64,000 bases of DNA from Eledone cirrhosa (taxonomy: Eukaryota), in the NCBI GenBank assembly GCA_964016885.1, contig OZ024747.1, positions 10,044,001-10,108,000 of the forward strand. The letters run 5' to 3'. Both the position numbers and the translations under genes were made by a program. The notes below the pieces were generated by a model that was given only the letters and a program-made list of their open reading frames with translations, did not search any database and was not told the origin of the DNA. Position 1 is the first letter of the stretch. Each line of letters opens with the position of its first letter. Positions 52,352 through 64,000 of this stretch are shown in pieces.

Positions 52352-52487
52352 TAATTGTTTCTACGTTAGGCACAAGGCCAGCAATTACCCAGTGCATTAC
52401 TGGTACTTTATTTTATCGACCCCGTAGGGATGAAAGGCAAAGTCAACCTCGGCAGGATTTGAACTCAGATCGTAAAGGGACGTAACT
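52352..52487 (-). mobile_element. SINE family A, 5'-truncated
   Basis: Reverse complement of the family A body. Confidence 0.8.
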
Positions 52488-52945
52488 ATATATATAGTAA
52501 TAATAATAAATGTGAAGACTAAAATCCGAAGAGGGCTTGACAAGAATAATATATATATATAATATAACCCATGCTAGCATGGAAGATGGACGTTAAACGA
52601 TGATGATGATGATATATATATTGTTATAAGTTAGTGCTCTACTTTCCCAAGTATCAAATATTTAACTAAATATAACCTTACCAGTCTAACTGGTAACTCC
52701 CAATATATTATAACCAACCGTTCCTCCACTCCTAACTCAATATCCATGTCACTGCTCCACAATAAATATTGCATCAGTTAGATATGTTTTCTAACTTTCC
52801 TTAATTCTAGCCAAGTTAACAATTTCTCCTACTTCATCCTTCAAGTAGTTTACTCCTGTTAGGTCAGGTCACATTTTAAACACCTCATCCTAACTCTATT
52901 CTCAATCCACTCATTCTCTAAACATTATTTTCTATGCCTCCACCA

Positions 52946-54408
52946 CACCTCACTCTCTACCATATCTCACTCTCTTCCTTCTACCATATCTCACTCTCTA
53001 CCATACCTCACTCTCTACCGTATCTCACTCTCTACCATACCTCACTCTCTACCATATCTCACTCTCTTCCTTCTACCATATCTCACTCTCTACCATACCT
53101 CACTCTCTACCGTATCTCACTCTCTACCGTATCTCACTCTCTACCATATCTCACTCTCTACCATACCTCACTCTCTACCGTATCTCACTCTCTACCATAT
53201 CTCACTCTCTACCATATCTCACTCTCTACCATATCTCACTCTCTACCATACCTCACTCTCTACCATATCTCACTCTCTACCATACCTCACTCTCTACCAT
53301 ATCTCACTCTCTACCATATCTCACTCTCTACCATATCTCACTCTCTACCATACCTCACTCTCTACCATATCTCACTCTCTACCATACCTCACTCTCTACC
53401 GTATCTCACTCTCTACCGTATCTCACTCTCTACCATATCTCACTCTCTACCATACCTCACTCTCTACCGTATCTCACTCTCTACCATATCTCACTCTCTA
53501 CCATATCTCACTCTCTACCATATCTCACTCTCTACCATACCTCACTCTCTACCATATCTCACTCTCTACCATACCTCACTCTCTACCATATCTCACTCTC
53601 TACCATATCTCACTCTCTACCATATCTCACTCTCTTCCTTCTACCATATCTCACTCTCTACCATACCTCACTCTCTACCATATCTCACTCTCTACCATAT
53701 CTCACTCTCTACCATATCTCACTCTCTACCATATCTCACTCTCTACCATATCTCACTCTCTACCATACCTCACTCTCTACCATATCTCACTCTCTTCCTT
53801 CTACCATATCTCACTCTCTACCATACCTCACTCTCTACCATATCTCACTCTCTACCATATCTCACTCTCTACCATACCTCACTCTCTACCATACCTCACT
53901 CTCTACCATATCTCACTCTCTACCATACCTCACTCTCTACCATACCTCACTCTCTACCATATCTCACTCTCTACCATATCTCACTCTCTACCATATCTCA
54001 CTCTCTACCATACCTCACTCTCTACCATACCTCACTCTCTACCATATCTCACTCTCTACCATATCTCACTCTCTACCATATCTCACTCTCTACCATATCT
54101 CACTCTCTACCATATCTCACTCTCTACCATATCTCACTCTCTACCATATCTCACTCTCTACCATATCTCACTCTCTACCATATCTCACTCTCTACCATAT
54201 CTCACTCTCTACCATATCTCACTCTCTACCATACCTCACTCTCTACCATATCTCACTCTCTACCATATCTCACTCTCTACCATATCTCACTCTCTACCAT
54301 ATCTCACTCTCTACCATACCTCACTCTCTACCATACCTCACTCTCTTCCTTCTACCATATCTCACTCTCTACCATATCTCACTCTCTACCATATCTCACT
54401 CTCTTCCT
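52946..54408. repeat. 17-bp minisatellite (ctcactctctaccatat), ~85 units
   Basis: Visible in sequence. Confidence 0.97.
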
Positions 54409-54544
54409 TATTTCATCAATCCTCTTTTCAAATTCATCACACCACCACCACTACCACCACCACTATGTTTCCAAGTGTCTTGATGGTCCTTTTATCACCA
54501 ACAGTTCCTAACAAACTATCTTCAAGAAACTTCCAAGCATACTC

Positions 54545-54795
54545 AAGTTCATTCATATAATGCCTGCGTCAGTTGTTAGCTGCCGAGACACTGCATCCTT
54601 TAAAACCCTCATGCTTCCCGAAATTCACCAAAACTACACCTGATGTACCCCTTCCATACACATGCACACGTGTATATCATGACTCATGCACTGTTCATTT
54701 TCCTGACGTTTGTACATTACTCTATGTACTATACATACACTTTTTGATGAGTTGTAGTGCACCTGAGCACTGTACACAATATTTCATTATTATTA
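54545..54795 (+). mobile_element. Probable CR1-like LINE 3' end
   Basis: LPASVVSCRDTASFK-like ORF end, then a 3' UTR ending in (TAT)n; family assignment from recall only. Confidence 0.5.
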
Positions 54796-54796
54796 T

Positions 54797-57349
54797 GTGT
54801 CCTTCCTCACCTGCCTAGATGGTGCTGTAACAACTTCCACACCTTTGTACCACGAAGGTTCCATCGTACTCGGTTTCTTTCTTAGAACCTTCCACACCTG
54901 CCTAGATGGTGCTGTGTCCTTCCACACCTGCCTAGATGGTGCTGTGTCCTTCCACACCTGCCTAGATGGTGCTGTGTCCTTCCACACCTGCCTAGATGGT
55001 GCTGTGTCCTTCCACACCTGCCTAGATGGTGCTGTGTTCTTCCACACCTGCCTAGATGGTGCTGTGTCCTTCCACACCTGCCTAGATGGTGCTGTGTCCT
55101 TCCACACCTGCCTAGATGGTGCTGTGTCCTTCCACACCTGCCTAGATGGTGCTGTGTCCTTCCTCACCTGCCTAGATGGTGCTGTGTCCTTCCTCACTTG
55201 CCTAGATGGTGCTGTGTCCTTCCACACCTGCCTAGATGGTGCTGTGTCTTTCCTCACCTGCCTAGATGGTGCTGTGTCCTTCCTCACTTGCCTAGATGGT
55301 GCTGTGTCCTTCCACACCTGCCTAGATGGTGCTGTGTCCTTCCACACCTGCCTAGATGGTGCTGTGTCCTTCCTCACCTGCCTAGATGGTGCTGTGTCCT
55401 TCCACACCTGCCTAGATGGTGCTGTGTCCTTCCTCACCTGCCTAGATGGTGCTGTGTCCTTCCTCACCTGCCTAGATGGTGCTGTGTCCTTCCTCACCTG
55501 CCTAGATGGTGCTGTGTCCTTCCACACCTGCCTAGATGGTGCTGTGTCCTTCCACACCTGCCTAGATGGTGCTGTGTCCTTCCACACCTGCCTAGATGGT
55601 GCTGTGTCCTTCCTCACCTGCCTAGATGGTGCTGTGTCCTTCCACACCTGCCTAGATGGTGCTGTGTCCTTCCACACCTGCCTAGATGGTGCTGTGTCCT
55701 TCCACACCTGCCTAGATGGTGCTGTGTCCTTCCTCACCTGCCTAGATGGTGCTGTGTCCTTCCACACCTGCCTAGATGGTGCTGTGTCCTTCCTCACCTG
55801 CCTAGATGGTGCTGTGTCCTTCCACACCTGCCTAGATGGTGCTGTGTCCTTCCACACCTGCCTAGATGGTGCTGTGTCCTTCCACACCTGCCTAGATGGT
55901 GCTGTGTCCTTCCTCACCTGCCTAGATGGTGCTGTGTCCTTCCACACCTGCCTAGATGGTGCTGTGTCCTTCCACACCTGCCTAGATGGTGCTGTGTCCT
56001 TCCACACCTGCCTAGATGGTGCTGTGTCCTTCCTCACCTGCCTAGATGGTGCTGTGTCCTTCCTCACTTGCCTAGATGGTGCTGTGTCCTTCCACACCTG
56101 CCTAGATGGTGCTGTGTCTTTCCTCACCTGCCTAGATGGTGCTGTGTCCTTCCTCACTTGCCTAGATGGTGCTGTGTCCTTCCACACCTGCCTAGATGGT
56201 GCTGTGTCCTTCCACACCTGCCTAGATGGTGCTGTGTCCTTCCACACCTGCCTAGATGGTGCTGTGTCTTTCCTCACCTGCCTAGATGGTGCTGTGTCCT
56301 TCCTCACCTGCCTAGATGGTGCTGTGTCCTTCCACACCTGCCTAGATGGTGCTGTGTCCTTCCACACCTGCCTAGATGGTGCTGTGTCTTTCCTCACCTG
56401 CCTAGATGGTGCTGTGTCCTTCCACACCTGCCTAGATGGTGCTGTGTCCTTCCACACCTGCCTAGATGGTGCTGTGTCCTTCCACACCTGCCTAGATGGT
56501 GCTGTGTCTTTCCTCACCTGCCTAGATGGTGCTGTGTCCTTCCACACCTGCCTAGATGGTGCTGTGTCCTTCCACACCTGCCTAGATGGTGCTGTGTCCT
56601 TCCTCACCTGCCTAGATGGTGCTGTGTCCTTCCTCACCTGCCTAGATGGTGCTGTGTCCTTCCACACCTGCCTAGATGGTGCTGTGTCCTTCCTCACCTG
56701 CCTAGATGGTGCTGTGTCCTTCCTCACCTGCCTAGATGGTGCTGTGTCCTTCCACACCTGCCTAGATGGTGCTGTGTCCTTCCTCACCTGCCTAGATGGT
56801 GCTGTGTCCTTCCTCACCTGCCTAGATGGTGCTGTGTCCTTCCACACCTGCCTAGATGGTGCTGTGTCCTTCCTCACCTGCCTAGATGGTGCTGTGTCCT
56901 TCCTCACCTGCCTAGATGGTGCTGTGTCCTTCCACACCTGCCTAGATGGTGCTGTGTCTTTCCTCACCTGCCTAGATGGTGCTGTGTCTTTCCTCACCTG
57001 CCTAGATGGTGCTGTGTCCTTCCTCACCTGCCTAGATGGTGCTGTGTCCTTCCTCACCTGCCTAGATGGTGCTGTGTCCTTCCACACCTGCCTAGATGGT
57101 GCTGTGTCCTTCCTCACCTGCCTAGATGGTGCTGTGTCCTTCCACACCTGCCTAGATGGTGCTGTGTCCTTCCACACCTGCCTAGATGGTGCTGTGTCCT
57201 TCCACACCTGCCTAGATGGTGCTGTGTCCTTCCTCACCTGCCTAGATGGTGCTGTGTCCTTCCACACCTGCCCAGATGGTGCTGTGTCCTTCCACACCTG
57301 CCTAGATGGTGCTGTAACAACTTCCACACCTTTGTACCATGAAGGTTCC
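54797..57349. repeat. 30-bp satellite (cctagatggtgctgtgtccttccacacctg), ~81 copies, bracketed by a ~64-bp direct repeat
   Basis: Array 54888-57315; 54799-54862 closely matches 57286-57349. Confidence 0.97.
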
Positions 57350-57984
57350 TTCTATTTCACCAACAAACTATCTGGTTGTTGACAGTTGAAGTGCCATTCC
57401 AGCTCTCGAGGCTCACACCTGCAGCTAGCTGATGGTGGTGGGTACAGAAGTGGTCCTAGGGCCAAGGACACCAGAATTCTCCACCGCAAACCTGTCGGGG
57501 AGCGACCGATATTATGTAATGAGTTTATCGGAGTGTTACATCAGCAAACTCCAGAATCATTTACCCCACTTCCATTCCTCACACCATACCCATACCCCTA
57601 TGGACTTCCTCTAAACCATCCATATTCCTTCCTACATATCCATTCAAATTCTCTCCTACCATAACTTCCTCATCTTTCATGTTTTCAATCATCATCTATA
57701 TTGCAAACACCAAAACTTGTTTTTCTCTTCAACACTCAGACCTCTCTGTATGACATATGATGATGATATATAAATGTATATATTAGTGAGGTGGAGGATT
57801 GACAGTGGGTTCAGGTGGTTTCAACTAGTTACCTCTAGCCAAAACCTGCCTGAGTTTGTGGTTAATCTTCTACCTCACTAATATATCCACTCTAATAGGT
57901 TAATTAATGGAGGGATTGATTGAACAATTATTATTACTTTAAGATGTTTGTAACATAAGAAAAGTTTCTCATGTATATGTTAAG

Positions 57985-58247
57985 TTAACCCTTTAGCATT
58001 TAAACTGGCTATATCCGGCCAAAATTCTCTTACCTTTTTCTGTTCAAACCGGCTGTAACCGGCCACTCATACCTTTTTCTGTTCAAACCGGCTGTAACCA
58101 GCCACTCATACCGATGTTAAGGTGTTGTTCTCAAAATAAATATCAAAATCTCATAGATTCGATATTATGTGAAATAATTATGTAAGGTAAATCCTTTACT
58201 GTGAAATAAATACTAAATATAGAGTAATGTAAATGCTAAAGGGTTAA
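57985..58247. mobile_element. piggyBac-type MITE with TTAA target duplication
   Basis: TTAA-ccctttagcattta ... taaatgctaaaggg-TTAA. Confidence 0.88.
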
Positions 58248-60357
58248 TTAGCTACATAGTCTAATGGTTAAGATGTTGGGTGTACGATGGTAATGTTGTT
58301 AGTTCAATTCCTGGACAGGGTACTGCATTGTGTTCTTCAGCAAAACACTTTATTTCACGTATACACCCCAGTCTGGGCAAGTATATCTTAGCTGCACGAA
58401 GGCATTGCAGTGGAGAACAGCCAGTGATACCCCACTACATCAGCTAGTGACACCTGCTACATGAGCCAGCATCACCCACTACATCAGCCAGTGGTAGCCT
58501 GCTACATCAGGCACGGTGAACCCCTTCTGATTTTGCAGAGGAAAGCAGCAGTTCTAGGATAGGACACTAGAGGTCTCAACAACAACTGGTGTGATAAAGG
58601 AAACAGTTGGTTAGTGAAGATAGAAAAGGGAATATTTAGTTATGAAAGTGATACAAGTTCAAAACCTACGGTGATATGCCTCAGTGATCTCTTATTTAGT
58701 GATATGCTTCACTGGTCACTTATTTGGTGATATGCCTCACTGATCACTTCTTTTAACTTTCATCATCATCGTTTTTATGTCACCAGTTGTAAAGTGGAGC
58801 AGGTGATGCAACATTAGGTACATTGTGTGTTTAAGTACACATACACACTCGCATATGCACGTGTGTGTGTGACAATATATGTATGTAGACAGCACACATA
58901 TGTACACACACACATATATACATATGCACACACATGTACGTGTGTTTGAGTATTTATATATATATATATATATAGGAACGTCGGGGTCCTACTCGTTCCT
59001 ATTACCCACTCTACTACCCTAAGTATTAAGTACTTTGGTGCATTATGGTCCACCTGGTTCCTTACCACATTTCCTTCGTTATATATACATATATATATAT
59101 ATATATATACACACATGCACGTGTAGGTGTGTGCAGTTAATAGATGTGTGTAGATAACACACCCACATATGTGTGTGTGTGTTTATATATACATACAGAG
59201 GAATATAGAATTAAATGCCAACTTTAAAAAAAGAACAATTTATTCTATAACCACTCCTATCTCCCCCCCCCCCCTTAAAAGAAACAGAAGAGGGAGGGAG
59301 TAGATGAAATACTCAGAAACTGATTACTGCTGCTGCTGTTTAATTTATTATTATTATTATTTTCTCTATAGAGAATAGATGAAAGGGGCGATTAGATGCA
59401 AGTGAACTGCAAATAACAGGACTACATGTAGAGAGGTGATTGGTCATCTCTCCCTCCCTCTGTCTCTCTCCCTCTCTCTCCCCAACACTCCACCCAGCGG
59501 CCGTCTGCCCAACAAAAAAAAATTTGTTAGCACATACATACATCTCCCCCCTCCCTATCTTCTCTCTCTCCCCACCCTCTCTCTGGTGTGGTCCAACAAC
59601 AAAATCAATGATCGGCATTGATCTAAAAGGAGGCTGACATCAAACGATATTTCTGATATGAAAAATAACAACAAAACAAACAGAAAAATCATTTCTTTTT
59701 ATCGTATCATGAAATTTATGGTAAATGGCGAAACGAGAGAAATGTGTGGGGATGTAGCCAAAACATTTACTGAAAAATGTTCGGCTTTTTATTATTTTTA
59801 TCATTATCATCATCATAATTTCTTTTTTTTTTATTGATTTGACTTGCCTTGTGGCCTGTAACTAGGTGGGTTGCTAGATGGAGTATGGGGGTTTGTTTGG
59901 GAGTGGTACGTCTAATGAACACAAGTATTACCTTTTCCTTACTTCATCATCACAACTACCACAGCCATCACTGATGTTACTGCTGCTGTTGTTGTTGTTA
60001 GTAATATTATCAGCACTGCCTCTATCACCACCACCATCACCATCACCACCATCATCACCACCACCGACATCATCATCTAAATAATTACCCCAGTCCTTTC
60101 TTAGAAGAGCAATGGACCCTCTAGAAATTCCTGCCCATGTTTGTTTTGTTCCTTTGTTTTTCTCCTCCAGACACCAGCCTACAGATGTTGAAACTGAATA
60201 TCAATCTCACAACTTTGCTAGGTCACACAAAGGTCATGGACCCTGCCTACATCATTCCTTCTTGGAATATCTTATAAAGAATGCAAATAAAAATGAGAAA
60301 ACTTATTGCTAGAACAGCCATTAAAACAGCTTAATGCTGTCAAAGACAGTGATGGGC

Positions 60358-60614
60358 ATACCTGAGAGGACAGAGACCAGCAGCCATGGTCAACAGAGAC
60401 AATCCACAAGGTGGGTGAAAGGGGAATGAGAAGTGTGTTGGCCATAGAACTGACTGGAAGAAGAAAATAAAGGTGATGTACAAGACAAGTTTACACACAC
60501 CCACTTCACCTTGTCCTTTCTCTTTCAGTCTTTTCTGTGTTTCATCTACCTGTCACCCACCTTGTGGATTGTCTCTGTTGACCACTGGCCGCTAGTCTCT
60601 GTCCTCTCAGGTAT
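60358..60614. repeat. Inverted repeat (~65-bp arms, imperfect extension inward)
   Basis: atacctgagaggacagagac...caatccacaaggtgggtga / tcacccaccttgtggattg...gtctctgtcctctcaggtat. Confidence 0.85.
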
Positions 60615-60789
60615 TTGATGAAATGGGATTCAAAATAGTCCCAGGAAAGAAACAATCCTTGGCCATCGTATGTCTTGGGACACCATGGATATACTTCGGG
60701 AAAGTTCCTCACCAAAGCACAAACCCAGTTAAAGATTTTTGTGGAAAGCTAACAATCACCCATGCACATAAGTCTCCCCTCTCCGTACC

Positions 60790-61079
60790 TCTGATGTTAT
60801 CTAAGAGACAGGCAGGGTCTGATACAGCTTGGCACCAGTGACATTGTTTCTGATGTTATCTAAGAGACAGGCAGGGTCTGATACAGCTTGGCACCAGTGA
60901 CATTGTTTCTGATGTTATCTAAGAGACAGGCAGGGTCTGATACAGCTTGGCACCAGTGACATTGTTTCTGATGTTATCTAAGAGACAGGCAGGGTCTGAT
61001 ACAGCTTGGCACCAGTGACATTGTTTCTGATGTTATCTAAGAGACAGGCAAGGTCTGATACAGCTTGGCACCAGTGACA
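60790..61079. repeat. 59-bp tandem repeat x5
   Basis: tctgatgttatctaagagacaggcagggtctgatacagcttggcaccagtgacattgtt. Confidence 0.95.
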
Positions 61080-61474
61080 ATTATTATTTTATCACTAAGA
61101 TAGTTACTTAACATAGTTTTATATCATAGGGTTTTGGGCAGGAGGTTGGTATTTTAAAAGTCTCTCAAGCCAGGAGACTAATCAGGTTGGTGCTTGTCCC
61201 AGTTTTCATGGCATTAAGCGACTGAGAATACAAGACTTCCACCTGGAAAAGATGCCAGTCCATTGCAAGGTTAAACCCTCAGCTATTGCTGGTACTCTTT
61301 TTCAAGTATACTGGAGCATGAAATGAAGTGTTTTGCTCAAGAACACAAAACACAACCCAGTTCATGAATGAAGCGCATGACATTATTATCGTAAGTTCAG
61401 CACCCTTACCACTAGGCCCCTCTCCAGTTGGTATTGAATTAGTTAAGAAATCAACAAAATGGTGTCCTGTCTAG

Positions 61475-61815
61475 ATCATCATCATCGTCATCGTTTAATG
61501 TCCATCTTCCACGCTTGCATGGGTTTGGACGGGAGTTTTCCCGCTTGAGGCAAGATTGGTTGTCCTGCTCGTATAGGACTATCTGGCGGGTTTTCTACGG
61601 TTGGATGCCCTTCCTAACACCAACCACGTTTACAGTGTGGACTGGAAGGTTTTTACCGTGTTACCTACATGGCCACATTACAGCGTTGACTGTGTGTTTT
61701 TTTTGTCGTGACACCTACACGGCCTCATTTGTTTCGGACTGGATGTTGTGGTACCAACATAACTTCACATTGAAGGGGGTGGTGTGGATCGGGTGGGGGT
61801 AGTGGGACAGGGGTG
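61475..61815 (-). mobile_element. RTE LINE 3' UTR fragment
   Basis: Homologous to 51227-51590. Confidence 0.85.
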
Positions 61816-62244
61816 TATTATCTGCAGCTTCAACAACTCATCAGCCGGCCTCCAATATTTTATATTTTTATCTACTTGTCTCTCCATCAGTAATGTCTTA
61901 GAAGTTAAGTGTAAAAATTACCTGACTACTTCATAAAATCCTAATTATCGTTAGAAATATAGCGAGCTAACCTCTCATAAATTATCATTCTCTTTCTAAT
62001 TAGTAAAATGTCAATTAACTTGAAATTAGTCAGTGACCTTTTTAGACCACCATTTGTGATTATTACTTTTTCTTTCACTGTTAGTTTTAGAATCACCCCC
62101 CCCCCCCCCATCCTCCTCCTCCTCCTCCTTGTGGTGGTGTTGGAGGAGTTATATGTCTGTGTTTTTTGCTATTTATTTCCCATTTGTAGTTTAGTTTTGT
62201 ATCCCTAGATTCAACCTGTTTAACAATATTCGAGCAGTTGGAAA

Positions 62245-62460
62245 TAATGACTTCTAGCTTCGGCACAAGTCAAGTCCAACAATTAGAGGGGAGGAGCAAG
62301 TCGATTATATCGACCTCAGTACATTACTGGTACTTTATTTTATTGATCCTCGACAGATGAAAGGCAAAGTTGACATCAGTGTGATTTGAACTCTGAATAT
62401 GAAGGGCCATAGCCAATGCCTCCAAAACATTTCCAATCCCCTGATTCTGCCAACCCACCC
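62245..62460 (-). mobile_element. Degenerate SINE family A
   Basis: cagtacattactggtactttattttattgatcctcgacagatgaaaggcaaagttgac. Confidence 0.75.
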
Positions 62461-62480
62461 ATTAACCCATTTGTTAGGTT

Positions 62481-63731
62481 TTAATCCTTTCAGTACCATA
62501 TTTCTAATGAAAGACACTGTCTGTCATTAACCATTTCAGTACCATATTTCTAATGAAAGACACTGTCTGTCATTAACCCTTTCAGTACCATATTTCTAAT
62601 GAAAGACACTGTCTATGTCATTAACCCTTTCATTACCATATTTCTAATGAAAGACACTATATATGTCATTAACCCTTTCAGTACCATATTTCTAATGAAA
62701 GACACTGTCTATGTCATTAACCCTTTCAGTACCATATTTCTAATGAAAGACAGTCTATGTCATTAACCCTTTCAGTACCATATTTCTAATGAAAGACACT
62801 ATATATGTCATTAACCCTTTCAGTACCATATTTCTAATGAAAGACACTGTCTATGTCATTAACCCTTTCAGTACCATATTTCTAATGAAAGACACTGTCT
62901 ATGTCATTAACCCTTTCATTACAATATTTCTAATGAAAGACACTACCTATGTCATTAACCCTTTCAGTACCATATTTCTAATGAAAGACACTGTCTATGT
63001 CATTAACCCTTTCAGTACCATATTTCTAATGAAAGACACTGTCTATGTCATTAACCCTTTCAGTACCATATTTCTAATGAAAGACACTGTCTATGTCATT
63101 AATCCTTTCAGTACCATATTTCTAATGAAAGACACTGTCTATGTCATTAATCCTTTCAGTACCATATTTCTAATGAAAGACACTGTTTATGTCATTAACC
63201 CTTTCAGTACCATATTTCTAATGAAAGACACTGTCTATGTCATTAACCCTTTCATTACAATATTTCTAATGAAAGACACTACCTATGTCATTAACCCTTT
63301 CATTACCATATTTCTAATGAAAGGCACTGTCTATGTCATTAACCCTTTCATTACCATATTTCTAATGAAAGACACTGTCTGTCATTAACCCTTTCATTAC
63401 AATATTTCTAATGAAAGACACTGTCTGTCATTAACCCTTTCATTACCATATTTCTAATGAAAGACACTACCTATGTCATTAACCCTTTCATTACCATAAT
63501 TTCTAATAAAAGGCACTGCCTATGATTTTCAATTTATTTTGAAAATAAGAATTTGGAAGTAGTTAATAATATAACTAACTTTCTCATTATTAAGTTGGTG
63601 TTCCAAACATATATTACTTAACAAAGGTTCTTACATAAAATTAAGATGGAAGGTTTTTAGATAAATATAAACATTTTAAAATAATTGAAACAGGAATATT
63701 TTCAGGTGGTATAGTATATCAAAAAGGTAAA
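62481..63731 (+). repeat. 48-bp tandem array (~22 units, 62481-63525) formed from the left end of a piggyBac-type MITE whose body follows to ~63731
   Basis: Each unit begins TTAA-CCCTTT; the last unit runs into unique AT-rich sequence ending in the degenerate opposite terminus atatcaaaaaggtaaa. Confidence 0.85.
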
Positions 63732-63807
63732 CTGTTGTGTGATTTAAAATTAGAATATAAAGAGATTTAATTAAAAACCACAAGAGATTTTGTCCATCAT
63801 TATATCA

Positions 63808-64000
63808 ACTAGCAGAAAAACCACCCTTTGGATGGTTTTCTGCTAGCATGTGTAGTGTGCATATTGATATTATACACAAGTATATATACATGTAGATATG
63901 ATACATCAAATAACATCGTAAATGACAATATACACAGAAATTGAACGAAGACTGCATTACACTGTTTTACATCAGTAACGTAATCCATGATACAGTAAAA
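63808..64000 (-). mobile_element. Possible Helitron-type 3' end
   Basis: actagcagaaaaaccacc...ggatggttttctgctag hairpin starting at CTAG, similar to the actagc ends at 19671 and 22611. Confidence 0.45.

Noticed and set aside
52934-54511. 525-aa ORF
   Set aside because: Read-through of a 17-bp minisatellite
54793-57382. 844, 861 and 714-aa decapeptide-repeat ORFs
   Set aside because: Translations of a 30-bp satellite in three frames; no evidence of codon-level selection
59340-59730. Possible enhancer or miRNA (small hairpin atcaatg/cattgat, homeobox-like motifs)
   Set aside because: Hairpin is too short for a pre-miRNA and such motifs are expected by chance in AT-rich DNA

Overview
Eukaryotic, AT-rich, repeat-saturated non-coding DNA. 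The SINE/MITE/RTE repertoire and dense (TA)n, (CT)n, (CA)n and (CAC/CAT)n tracts resemble a cephalopod (Octopus-like) genome; this assignment is inference. No intact host gene is recognisable, and nearly all long ORFs are translations of micro- or minisatellites. Supported content: several large tandem arrays (15, 17, ~21, 30, 48, 55, 59 and 78 bp units), many tRNA-type SINE copies, decayed RTE and CR1-like LINE pieces, Helitron remnants (one with a Pif1-helicase C-terminus), Tc1/mariner-, hAT- and piggyBac-type MITEs, a 5'-truncated Penelope-like element with a GIY-YIG endonuclease ORF (48914-49693, -), and a 200-N gap. The most striking signal is a set of fold-back (long inverted-repeat) elements in or beside (TA)n tracts. 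Four of them carry a minimal type I hammerhead ribozyme (CUGAUGA-stem II-GAAA-palindromic stem III-NUH) in each arm, always head-to-head, and several more carry partial or degenerate cores in the same polarity. One (32659-33705) is a 468-bp monomer with 127-bp terminal redundancy plus a 442-bp inverted copy, a retrozyme-like architecture probably mobilised by Penelope elements.
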